A model generated the notes under the pieces. That model saw only the letters and a list, made by a program, of their open reading frames with translations, ran no database searches and had not been told where the DNA came from. From the NCBI GenBank assembly GCA_964638145.1, contig CAZXAK010000045.1, positions 87,629-151,628 on the forward strand: a DNA stretch of 64,000 nucleotides. The letters run 5' to 3'. Positions within the stretch are counted from its first letter, which is position 1, and each line of letters starts with the position of its first letter. Both the position numbers and the translations under genes were made by a program. Positions 56,240 to 64,000 of this stretch are shown here, piece after piece. The DNA is from an uncultured Desulfobacterales bacterium. GTDB taxonomy: Bacteria > Desulfobacterota > Dissulfuribacteria > Dissulfuribacterales > QOAL01.

Positions 56240-57414
56240 TTTTCGCGCACTCCAATCACTTCATACAGTTCTTTCGGACGTTTCTTCGCATACTTGTTGG
56301 CCTTGTCCACGATCTCCTCAAAGCGGGCGACTGTCACATCACGACCGCCAAGTCCGGCAACGAAACTGAAGATCTTGGGTGAACCCGGTATCTTGTAGAA
56401 CAGGCTCCTGAGTTCGGCACCTACTGGCCCGCACAGTGCACCTGGGGGCAGACAGCGGTCAATCACTGCCAGGACCTTGGCCTTGCCAGCGGCCTTGCGG
56501 AATTCCGGACCGGGGAAGGGCCTCCATAGGCGTATCCTTACCAGGCCTACGTTCTTGCCTTCGTCACGCATCTTGTCAACCGCGGTCATGGCGGTTTCAG
56601 AAATGCTGCCCATTGTGACCAGAATTGTCTCTGCGTCTTCTGTCCTGTACGATTCTACCGGATGGTATTCACGTCCGAACTGTTCAGCAAATTCCTTCCA
56701 TGCCTTGAGGATAACTTTCTTTGAGTTCTTGAGGGCCTCGTTATGCGCTACCTTTGCCTCTGTGTAAACTTCAGGTATGCCAACAGGTCCCATGGTAATG
56801 GGCTTTTTCGGATCAAGCTTGAACTTGGGTTTGAATGGAGGGATGTATGCGTCAGCCTCTTCCTGATCAGGTATCTCAATGGGCTCGATAACGTGACTCA
56901 GAGTAAAACCGTCGATATTGACGATTATTGGTAGTGATACCCTCCTGTCTTCAGACACCCTGAATGCGTGGAGTACCAGGTCCACGGCCTCCTGGCCATT
57001 TTCCGCAAATGTCTGTATCCAGCCTATGTCCCTCTGCACCATGATGTCCTGGTGGTCATTCCAGATGCTGATTGGAGCGGACATGGCACGGTTGGCAACC
57101 ACGTTGACTATGGGCAGGCGCATTGGAGCCGGGATGTACAGTACCTCGCTCATCAGGGAGAGTCCCTGGGAGCTTGATGAGGTAAATGTCCTTGCACCTG
57201 CAGCGGATGAGCCGCAGCATGCGCTCATGGCAGCGTGTTCAGACTCTACAGGAATGAACTCCGCATCCAGTTCGCCGTTTGCCACAAGCTCGGAGAGGTG
57301 TTCAACTATATGTGTCTGAGGCGTGATGGGATAGGCTGGAATTACCTCAGCCCTTGCCAGTTTTACCGCCTCTGCAATAGCAATAGATACTTCTACTCCT
57401 ACACGTTTGGCCAT
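56236..57414 (-). CDS. porA: 2-oxoacid:ferredoxin oxidoreductase, alpha subunit
   Basis: About 392 aa from the ATG at 57414 (MAKRVGVEVSIAIAEA...), with a GGAGGAGGGG SD. The sequence VIPAYPITPQTHIVE is typical of POR/VOR alpha subunits. The track start at 57480 lies inside porD. Confidence 0.8.
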   Translation of the reverse strand: MAKRVGVEVSIAIAEAVKLARAEVIPAYPITPQTHIVEHLSELVANGELDAEFIPVESEHAAMSACCGSSAAGARTFTSSSSQGLSLMSEVLYIPAPMRLPIVNVVANRAMSAPISIWNDHQDIMVQRDIGWIQTFAENGQEAVDLVLHAFRVSEDRRVSLPIIVNIDGFTLSHVIEPIEIPDQEEADAYIPPFKPKFKLDPKKPITMGPVGIPEVYTEAKVAHNEALKNSKKVILKAWKEFAEQFGREYHPVESYRTEDAETILVTMGSISETAMTAVDKMRDEGKNVGLVRIRLWRPFPGPEFRKAAGKAKVLAVIDRCLPPGALCGPVGAELRSLFYKIPGSPKIFSFVAGLGGRDVTVARFEEIVDKANKYAKKRPKELYEVIGVREK

Positions 57415-57416
57415 GA

Positions 57417-57710
57417 TTACCCCTCCTCCATTACCATTGTTATGGCGTCTTTGGGGCATTCGTGGGCACAGATGCCACAACCCTTACAGTATTCCATATC
57501 TGCCTCGTAATATCCTTCGTCATCCTGGGTATAGGCCATGTCGGGACAGAATATCCAGCACATTCCGCACTTGATGCATTTTTCCTTGTCCACCACAGGC
57601 CTCTGGGAACGCCAGTCTCCGGTCCTGAATTCAACGGAGTTGCCGGGTTCCATGACATGACACCCCCAGGTTATGGTCTTCCAACCTACTATGGCGTCGT
57701 TTACGGCCAT
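57417..57710 (-). CDS. porD: 2-oxoacid:ferredoxin oxidoreductase, delta (2x[4Fe-4S]) subunit
   Basis: Two ferredoxin motifs, CIKCGMCWIFCP and CKGCGICAHECP. ATG at 57710 with an AAGGAG SD 7 nt upstream. Confidence 0.8.
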   Translation of the reverse strand: MAVNDAIVGWKTITWGCHVMEPGNSVEFRTGDWRSQRPVVDKEKCIKCGMCWIFCPDMAYTQDDEGYYEADMEYCKGCGICAHECPKDAITMVMEEG

Positions 57711-57893
57711 TGTTTTACTCCTTTTTATGGTCTTGTGATCAGTCCCATCCATCTATTTTGTTTTGGCTTGCAGGGTGGTTGCTCACGTACCCTGACTGTA
57801 AGGTACGATTATTCTTTTTATGCCTGCCTGCTGCCTGTATGGTGGTTTGTGTGCCACCGTATTAGCACCCTGGTCATGGTGGATGGGCATCAG

Positions 57894-58442
57894 TTATCCA
57901 GCAACTACTGTCTCATCGAATGCCCTCTGAAGGGCGTTCTTGTTTTTCTCAGCAATGCGGCCGAACCTTCTGTCAAGTGCCTCTTCAAGATGGGACTGGC
58001 TAACTATCCCTGTTGCCTTGAGAAGTGCTCCCAGCATTGTGGTGTTTGTGATGGGAAGCCCGAGAACCTCAGTGGCAATCTTGGTGGCGTCAACCATGGC
58101 CAGTTTGCATTTGAGCCCAAATTCTTTTCTCACCTGGTCTTCTGACATGGCTGTGTTCAGGATGACGATTCCATCATCCTTGAGGCCTGCAGCCACGTTC
58201 ACCAGGCTTGGAAGGGCAGGGTCCAGTACCAGTACGATATCAGGGGTATAAACCTTTTCTCTGGTCCTGATCTGTTTGTCGCTGACCCGTATGAATGCAG
58301 CGACAGGAGCCCCCCTTCGTTCCGGGCCGAAGCTCGGGAAGGCCTGTGCATACTTTCCTTCGTCAATGGCCGCTATGGCTACCAGCTCGGCTGAGGTGAC
58401 CCCGCCCTGCCCGCCACGGCCATGAAGTCTGACTTCTTTCAT
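57894..58442 (-). CDS. porG: 2-oxoacid:ferredoxin oxidoreductase, gamma subunit
   Basis: 182 aa. N-terminal LHGRGGQGGVTSAELVA is typical of POR/VOR gamma subunits. AGGAG SD. Confidence 0.8.
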   Translation of the reverse strand: MKEVRLHGRGGQGGVTSAELVAIAAIDEGKYAQAFPSFGPERRGAPVAAFIRVSDKQIRTREKVYTPDIVLVLDPALPSLVNVAAGLKDDGIVILNTAMSEDQVRKEFGLKCKLAMVDATKIATEVLGLPITNTTMLGALLKATGIVSQSHLEEALDRRFGRIAEKNKNALQRAFDETVVAG

Positions 58443-58694
58443 CGCAAATCTCCTGTAATGTGAAGGTACATTGATTATTTATGTACGACGGTTCTTGTGG
58501 ACACGTGCCAAAAACATCCCTGACAGATAAAATATAAGCCTGATGATATTTGGTATGATAAGGATTGTGTATCAGGCATAGGGACAAGCACATTCTGCCC
58601 GGTTCCTGCAAGAAAGAACCTCCATCATGCCTGTGAAAACATTCCACAGGTAGAGTTCTGTTTACCCGCCAGCCTTTTCTTTGTCAAGGGAACA

Positions 58695-60623
58695 TTACTC
58701 AAGAATATCGCTGATTCGGGCCAAAATTTGCTTCAGCCGGGGTGAAACTTTACTTTTGAGCCCTATTCCACGCATTAGGCGCCTTGCAGTGGAACGGTCC
58801 TTTTCTTTCTCTGCATAGCCAAGCGCAAGGCTTGCCATGGCCAGCGTGTCATCAGGGCGTTGTTTCAGGGCCTTCTCAAATGCCCGCTTGGCCTCATGCC
58901 AGCGGTCAAGTGCGTACAGGGCGGTGCCAAGCAGGCGGTAGGCCAGTGCTGGAGGGGAATCATGGGTCTTGACAGCCTTCTGCAGGATCTGGATTGCCTC
59001 TTCGGCCTGGCCGGCATCTATCAGGACCTGGCCCAGTCTGGTAAGGGCCATTGGATCTTCCGGCCTGATTTTAAGGGCTATGCGGCACGAAGCCTCTGCC
59101 TCCCTGTGGTTGCCAAGTGCGTGTTGTATACCGCAAAGGTTGTAGAATGTCATGAAATCCTTGGGATTTCTTTCTGCGGCAGCAACAAAAGCCCTCTCTG
59201 CTTCTTTCTTCCTTCCAAGTTGCGCAAGACAGACCCCAAGGCTGTTCCAGATTTCACTGTTGTGCTGGTCGAGTTTGATTCCCTGCCTGAATGCCTGGCA
59301 GGCGTGCCGAAGGGCCCCAAGCGATATGAGTTCGTCTCCCATGACCTGCCATGTTATGGCATCAAATACGACCCTTTCTCCCTGTCCCAGCATGGTGGCA
59401 TGCATATATGCGTAGAAGGCTGCCCCAATGGCAGTAGTGGATTTCAGCGTGTCCTGGAAGGATGCGGCGACGCCTATGGTAACAGTGGACAGGGGGATGC
59501 CGCTGCCCTTGCTCACGGCATGTTGCAACTGCCTGGCCCATTCTTCGAGATTGAATGATGCCCGTTCGTTGCGGGTTACCTTCTTCATGACCAAGGCGCA
59601 TGTGCATGTTTTGTCAGTGTGAATATGATCAAAGTCAACGCCGTGGGCCTGTATGGTGTTTTCCTCCGGTATTTTCCCCGAGAGGAAGGCTGCAGTATAC
59701 TGAACGCCTTTGAACGCCGCTTCAGCCCTGATCAGAATGTGGTCCAGTTCCTGGCAGTGGAATCGTCTTTCCAGGTCATCTATGATAATTCGTGAAGAGA
59801 GAGGAAGGTTTAATATGCCAGCGGTTTTCTCAACGGATGCGACCTGTTGTGTGAGTGCGGCCTCTACGGTCTCTATCTTTTCATCATCTGATATTCTCCC
59901 AAATAGATGAACAAATGCGGCTGAAATCCCGTATCTTTTAAGCGGGGCGTGGCTGTAAAGCTTTGTAAGGCTGGTGGATAGGGCTGATTCTTCCAGGCCT
60001 TTAATCATGATCCAGAGGTCATAAGGCCCGTATCCTGCGATTTCAAGTTTTATCTCGTCCTGATTCCCGTTGAACATGGCGAGAAATTTTTCAAGGATAG
60101 AGATAAATTCGTTCTTGTCATGGAGAACCCCCCATCTTTTGCTCACAATGTGAAGGGCCAGAAATGTGCCGTCCTGTCGATGTATCACCCTTGCCAGATA
60201 AGGAGGAATGGCTGCAGTTGTGGAGATGCGGAGCAACTTCTCCTTTCGCGCAGTCAGTGTGTTTTCTATCCATGAATGCAGGACCGGCAGCCATCTCGAT
60301 GCTTCATCAGGGCTGACTGTACGGTCAACATTGCAGAGTACAAAGGCCCCTATGGTTTCTGTGCCTTCCATGGTGGCTATATTTGCGGAGGTGCAGACAG
60401 GAATGATTACTGTGGAGCTTATCATATCCCAGAATGGTTGGCCTGCTGAAAATTCCTCCATGGCCCTTTCCATCTGGCGTTTTGAGAGGTCAACCTGGGG
60501 AAGTGTGCTGTTTCCCTTACCATTTACCCAGTACAGGGCCTTTCCAAACTGGAAGAGGGTGCGAAGTTCCTCCATGACTAACGGACCAATGCCAAGGATG
60601 TCATATGGTGTAAGGGGTGTCAT
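58695..60623 (-). CDS. uncharacterised protein with C-terminal TPR repeats, translationally coupled to selA
   Basis: 642 aa. The last ~200 aa are TPR-like (e.g. SEIWNSLGVCLAQLGRKKEAERAFVAAAERNPKD). I recognised no motif in the N-terminal ~430 aa. The start ATG overlaps the selA TGA (ATGA at 60620-60623). Confidence 0.7.
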   Translation of the reverse strand: MTPLTPYDILGIGPLVMEELRTLFQFGKALYWVNGKGNSTLPQVDLSKRQMERAMEEFSAGQPFWDMISSTVIIPVCTSANIATMEGTETIGAFVLCNVDRTVSPDEASRWLPVLHSWIENTLTARKEKLLRISTTAAIPPYLARVIHRQDGTFLALHIVSKRWGVLHDKNEFISILEKFLAMFNGNQDEIKLEIAGYGPYDLWIMIKGLEESALSTSLTKLYSHAPLKRYGISAAFVHLFGRISDDEKIETVEAALTQQVASVEKTAGILNLPLSSRIIIDDLERRFHCQELDHILIRAEAAFKGVQYTAAFLSGKIPEENTIQAHGVDFDHIHTDKTCTCALVMKKVTRNERASFNLEEWARQLQHAVSKGSGIPLSTVTIGVAASFQDTLKSTTAIGAAFYAYMHATMLGQGERVVFDAITWQVMGDELISLGALRHACQAFRQGIKLDQHNSEIWNSLGVCLAQLGRKKEAERAFVAAAERNPKDFMTFYNLCGIQHALGNHREAEASCRIALKIRPEDPMALTRLGQVLIDAGQAEEAIQILQKAVKTHDSPPALAYRLLGTALYALDRWHEAKRAFEKALKQRPDDTLAMASLALGYAEKEKDRSTARRLMRGIGLKSKVSPRLKQILARISDILE

Positions 60624-62050
60624 GTCAACTCCTGCAATGCCACTTCAAACGCAGATCTTACAGCTTCAGCCGCAGGCTTGAAATCCCTGTCCCTCATGGT
60701 GCGTACATCCATGATTATCCTCTCGTTTTCTACCCGGACAATTAATGGTGGCTCCTGTTTCCTCAATTGTTCTTCCACGGCAGCTACTGACACTTTCCCC
60801 TGGAGATGCCGTATGGATATTCCTGCTGATGGGATCTCCTGCAGGGGGAGTGCGCCTCCGCCTGCCCTTGATACGGTCTGGCACAGTTTGATCTCCACGT
60901 CTTTGGGACAGGCCTGCCTGAGTCTTGCGGCAAGGCGGCGGGCCCGGCGCCTCTGTTCCTCCTTGGAGGCTGTCATCATGTTGAGAGTAGGAATTTCCCG
61001 TATCGCCCTTGCCGGATCTCTGTAGATGCGAAGTACCTGTTCCAGTGCCACTAAGGTCAGCTTGTCAATGCGCATGGCCCTGTTCATGGGGTTGGTTTTT
61101 ATCCTGTCAACGATCTCCCTCTTTCCCACTATGATACCTGCCTGAGGCCCTCCCAGCAGTTTGTCTCCACTGAACGATACGATGTCGGCTCCGGCAGCAA
61201 GGGATTCCTGGACAGTGGGTTCGTGCTGGAGTCCATACCGGGAAAAGTCCACCAGGGTGCCACTTCCAAGGTCTTCAAATACGTAAAGGCCATGTTCTCG
61301 GGCAAGCATGGAGAGTTCTGCCATTGAGACTGCACTGGTAAAACCCACAACAGAGAAGTTGCTCTGGTGTACCTTCATGAGTAGTGCGGTGTTTTCATTT
61401 ATGGCAGTCCGGTAGTCGCGCAAATGCGTCCTGTTGGTGGCTCCCACCTCCCTTAGAAAAGCACCGCTTCGGGCCATGACATCCGGGATACGGAAAGAGC
61501 CGCCTATCTCTACCAGCTCCCCCCTTGAGACTACGACCTCACGTCCCTTGGCCAGTGTGTCAAGGCAGATGAGTACGGCTGCAGCATTGTTGTTCACAAC
61601 CAGTGCTGCCTCTGCGCCAGTAAGACCGCACAGTATCTCCTCAACGTGACTGTACCTGCTACCCCTCTTGCCTTCTTCCATGTTGTATTCGAGGTTTGAG
61701 TATCCACATGCAATTTCCGTCAGCGCAGGCATGACAGATTCCGGCAGAAGGGAGCGTCCGAGGTTTGTGTGTACAATGACCCCAGTGGCATTGATGGCAG
61801 GGCGAAGGGACGGGCGATGAAGCATGCGGATACATCGCAATGCATCAGATAGGACAGTCTTGTATTGACCCGCCTCTGCATTACCGGCAAGGACCTGTTT
61901 CCTTGCAGTATTAATGGCCTGCCTGCACGCATCCAATTTGACGGATCGTGGAGTATCAGGAGGTACGCTCCCGTGTTGTTCGATCTCAGATAGGAGGATA
62001 TCTACCTTTGGTAGTTTACTAAGTATATGTTGTTTTTTGTCCTTGTTCAT
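60620..62050 (-). CDS. selA: L-seryl-tRNA(Sec) selenium transferase
   Basis: 476 aa. PLP-lysine block IVSFSGDKLLGGPQAGIIVG and an N-terminal SelA-type region. Confidence 0.9.
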   Translation of the reverse strand: MNKDKKQHILSKLPKVDILLSEIEQHGSVPPDTPRSVKLDACRQAINTARKQVLAGNAEAGQYKTVLSDALRCIRMLHRPSLRPAINATGVIVHTNLGRSLLPESVMPALTEIACGYSNLEYNMEEGKRGSRYSHVEEILCGLTGAEAALVVNNNAAAVLICLDTLAKGREVVVSRGELVEIGGSFRIPDVMARSGAFLREVGATNRTHLRDYRTAINENTALLMKVHQSNFSVVGFTSAVSMAELSMLAREHGLYVFEDLGSGTLVDFSRYGLQHEPTVQESLAAGADIVSFSGDKLLGGPQAGIIVGKREIVDRIKTNPMNRAMRIDKLTLVALEQVLRIYRDPARAIREIPTLNMMTASKEEQRRRARRLAARLRQACPKDVEIKLCQTVSRAGGGALPLQEIPSAGISIRHLQGKVSVAAVEEQLRKQEPPLIVRVENERIIMDVRTMRDRDFKPAAEAVRSAFEVALQELT

Positions 62051-62095
62051 TGCCTATGTTGCAAACAACTGTATGGGTGAATGGTTGTTCTGGTT

Positions 62096-62260
62096 CATAC
62101 TGCATGATACCTATATGGTGGATAGAGTTTTTTCATGGGTCTAAAGTTCATCAGTTGCGATGATTTGTTAATGATATCTTTCTCACGGTAAAAAATCATG
62201 GGAAAAAGTGCCAGCTACCTTTGCCAATTGTTTCTGTATTTTCTGGTGTCCTGTAGTATG
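62096..62260 (-). mobile_element. Family-A MITE-like element, copy A3, with perfect 6-bp flanking direct repeats
   Basis: The reverse complement carries the same ordered blocks as A1 and A2: CAGGACACC, CAGAAACAATTGGCAAAGG, CCATGA, ACCGTGAG, ATCATCGCAACTGATGA, CATGAAAAAA, ATAGGTATCATGCAGTATG. 16-nt terminal inverted repeats: CATACTGCATGATACC / GGTGTCCTGTAGTATG. CTGGTT lies at 62090-62095 and 62261-62266. Confidence 0.8.
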
Positions 62261-62291
62261 CTGGTTTTATAGATGCTGAAAGGCGATATTC

Positions 62292-62768
62292 ATGCTCAGA
62301 CTTAATTTTATATGGGCCGGCCATACCAAAGATGCCTGGCTATTAACCGGCATAGAGAAGTACCTTGCAAGGATCAGGAAATATCATGCTCTCAATGTTG
62401 TAGAGACAAAAGCCCCAAAAGGCAAGAGGGGAACAAGAGAAAAGATGGTGAAGTTGGAGAGTGAAGGACTCAAAAAGGCCCTGCCGCAAAGGGCCTTTAG
62501 CGTAGCCTTGGATCAAAGGGGAAAAATGCTTTCCAGCCCAGGGCTGGCAGAGCTGATCGCGCGGGTTGAACAAGACGGGCTGCGAGACATGGCGTTTGTG
62601 GTTGGTGGTCCATATGGTCTGGACAAAGGTCTTGTCTCACAATGTAATGCGGTTTTATCCCTTTCCCCAATGACCTTTACCCATGATATGGCGCGGCTCA
62701 TCCTGTCAGAGCAGGTATACAGGGCCTGCACCATACGTGCCGGAGAGCCATATCACCATGAGGGCTGA
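62292..62768 (+). CDS. rlmH: 23S rRNA (pseudouridine1915-N3)-methyltransferase RlmH
   Basis: 158 aa SPOUT protein. FVVGGPYGL and LSLSPMTFTHDMARLILSEQVYRA match the RlmH (YbeA) family. Confidence 0.85.
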   Translation: MLRLNFIWAGHTKDAWLLTGIEKYLARIRKYHALNVVETKAPKGKRGTREKMVKLESEGLKKALPQRAFSVALDQRGKMLSSPGLAELIARVEQDGLRDMAFVVGGPYGLDKGLVSQCNAVLSLSPMTFTHDMARLILSEQVYRACTIRAGEPYHHEG

Positions 62769-62839
62769 TTTGGTGTGGGGTGAGCTATATGTATTCTCTC
62801 TGTATGCCAGGCCCTCTGTGTCAATGCAAGGGAGGTACT

Positions 62840-63067
62840 TCACTCCACGCTTTCAACCGTGGTTACCTCAGGTACTTCACTTTTGAGGTAGCGTTCAATG
62901 CCTGCCTTGAGTGTCATCTGGCTCATGGGACAACCTTTACATGCACCTGTAAGCCTTACATTGACAACGCCACTTTCCTCGTCAACGTCCACCAATTCCA
63001 CGTCACCGCCATCCTGCTGCAGCATGGGGCGTACCTTTTCAAGTGCCTCCTTAACCTGTTCGAACAT
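62840..63067 (-). CDS. NifU C-terminal-domain (Nfu-type) Fe-S cluster protein
   Basis: 75 aa. [13 protein letters not shown], then [18 protein letters not shown] (CxxC). Confidence 0.8.
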   Translation of the reverse strand: MFEQVKEALEKVRPMLQQDGGDVELVDVDEESGVVNVRLTGACKGCPMSQMTLKAGIERYLKSEVPEVTTVESVE

Positions 63068-63140
63068 AATATGATCTCCACTTTTGGTCTTATGCCCGTG
63101 TTCAGAACATGAGGGAATCGGGCAACTACATGAACTGTGC

Positions 63141-63716
63141 TCAACGGTTTAATTTTTCAAGGACCCAGGCCATATTGGCTCCAAGGTCGCGCATGGTCTT
63201 GACACCCTCTTCATCTTTCATGACCTCACCTGGATCTCGTCCAATACCTATGTTCCAGTATGATGAGCCCACTACTATCATCTGCCCTATTAGGAAAAAA
63301 CTGTTGAGGGAATTGAATACGTGGTAGGCGCCGGCGCGACGTACTGCGACTACTCCTGCCCCTACCTTCCTTCTGAACATGTCGCCATTGGCCCTTGCCA
63401 CCATACCGCAACGCTCGATCAATGCTTTCATGTTGGCAGATATGTCTGCAAAATAGGTAGGGGAGCCCAGGATGATGCCATCTGCCTCTCTCATCTTTTC
63501 AATGCACTGGTTGATGATTCCGTCTTCCACAGCGCATCGTCCATCCTTGTTGTTAAAGCACTTATAACAGGCTATACAGCCAGCAATATTGTTCCCTGCA
63601 AGCTCTACCAGTTCTGTCTCTACTCCCCTGACCTCCAGTGCTGCCAGGACAGTCTTCAGAAGTTGTGATGTGTTGGCTCCTTTTCTTGAACTTCCGTTAA
63701 ATGCGACAACTTTCAT
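63141..63716 (-). CDS. flavodoxin-like NAD(P)H-dependent FMN reductase / iron-sulfur flavoprotein family
   Basis: 191 aa. [16 protein letters not shown], Cys cluster GCIACYKC...GRC, and [14 protein letters not shown]. Confidence 0.7.
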   Translation of the reverse strand: MKVVAFNGSSRKGANTSQLLKTVLAALEVRGVETELVELAGNNIAGCIACYKCFNNKDGRCAVEDGIINQCIEKMREADGIILGSPTYFADISANMKALIERCGMVARANGDMFRRKVGAGVVAVRRAGAYHVFNSLNSFFLIGQMIVVGSSYWNIGIGRDPGEVMKDEEGVKTMRDLGANMAWVLEKLNR

Positions 63717-63734
63717 CTTCTCTCCTGTTGCTCA

Positions 63735-64000
63735 TTAATTTTCTACTGAATGCTCAATTTGGGTTTCTTGTTTCTGGCCCGTGTTTATGCGGTTCCAGAT
63801 ATCCACAAGCTCATTTACCGTTTCTCGGAGGTCCCTGCTGTCGGTGTTGATCTCAAACTGTGAAAATTTTCTGTACATGGGCTCTCTGTCCGAAAGTACC
63901 TGCTCCACCTCCTGCTTTAGTGATTCTGCCCCTGTCAGGGATGGTCTCAGGGCAGAAGAACGGCTGTCATTGCCAATTCTTTCTACAATGGTGTCAACAG
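63735..64000 (-). CDS. aroK: shikimate kinase-like protein, C-terminal fragment (5' end outside window)
   Basis: The minus-strand frame is open from the window edge to the TAA at 63735-63737. The translated VDTIVERIGNDSRSSALRPSLTG...VLSDREPMYRKFSQFEINTD parallels E. coli AroK TIEKQLARTQRDKKRPLL...[20 protein letters not shown]. It is not in the ORF track because it has no start in the window. Confidence 0.55.
   Translation of the reverse strand, partial: VDTIVERIGNDSRSSALRPSLTGAESLKQEVEQVLSDREPMYRKFSQFEINTDSRDLRETVNELVDIWNRINTGQKQETQIEHSVEN

Noticed and set aside
62051-62291. Possible tRNA-Sec (selC) or other tRNA next to selA
   Set aside because: No cloverleaf, T-loop (GTTCGAATC-like) or acceptor pairing is visible. 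The spacer is explained by family-A copy A3.

Overview
This 64-kb window is chromosomal and mostly housekeeping, with about 50 protein genes on both strands. The gene content suggests an anaerobic deltaproteobacterium-type (Desulfobacterota-like) organism: a 4-subunit 2-oxoacid:ferredoxin oxidoreductase, selA, a family-II pyrophosphatase and flagellar hook genes. That assignment is an inference I cannot verify here.

Gene order:
- Surface-glycan cluster (carbamoyltransferase, GT2, epimerase, WecA-like, CapD-like).
- Hypothetical gene plus radC, then ihfA.
- rlmN, a 1038-aa TPR lipoprotein, pfk.
- A 1789-aa tandem-duplicated UvrA-like ATPase.
- tolQ-tolR-tonB/tolA, hydantoinase-family gene, smc, ribF, mltA, mdh, M48 peptidase.
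- trmJ-like, small TPR protein, ppaC, FapA/DUF342.
- tal, SLT lytic transglycosylase, Mth938-like protein.
- An 850-bp ORF-free gap, then fliK-flgD-flgE.
- secDF, murA, moaA, a GcvH-like protein, fabD, a methyltransferase.
- pyrB-pyrC, porGDAB.
- selA coupled to a TPR protein, rlmH, nfu-like, a flavoprotein, and a partial aroK.

I found no rRNA, tRNA, CRISPR array, transposase, integrase, prophage or recognisable defence island. I also found no clear-cut new multi-gene system.

What stands out:
1. The intergenic DNA carries small non-coding palindromic (MITE-like) repeats at 10 or more loci. Family A (~165 bp) has 3 copies, each just 5' of a gene (ihfA, murA, selA), and one copy has perfect 6-bp flanking direct repeats. 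Family B/C is a nested-palindrome family, and two of its copies have perfect 5-bp AT-rich target-site-like duplications.
2. The covalently duplicated UvrA-like protein has four ABC modules and an asymmetric second half.
3. The 850-bp ORF-free region upstream of the hook operon has a sigma-54-like -24/-12 motif.
4. The GcvH-like protein has no lipoyl-lysine and sits between moaA and fabD.
5. An uncharacterised 642-aa protein with a TPR C-terminus is translationally coupled to selA.

Coordinates of non-coding features were read off by eye and may be off by 1-2 nt.
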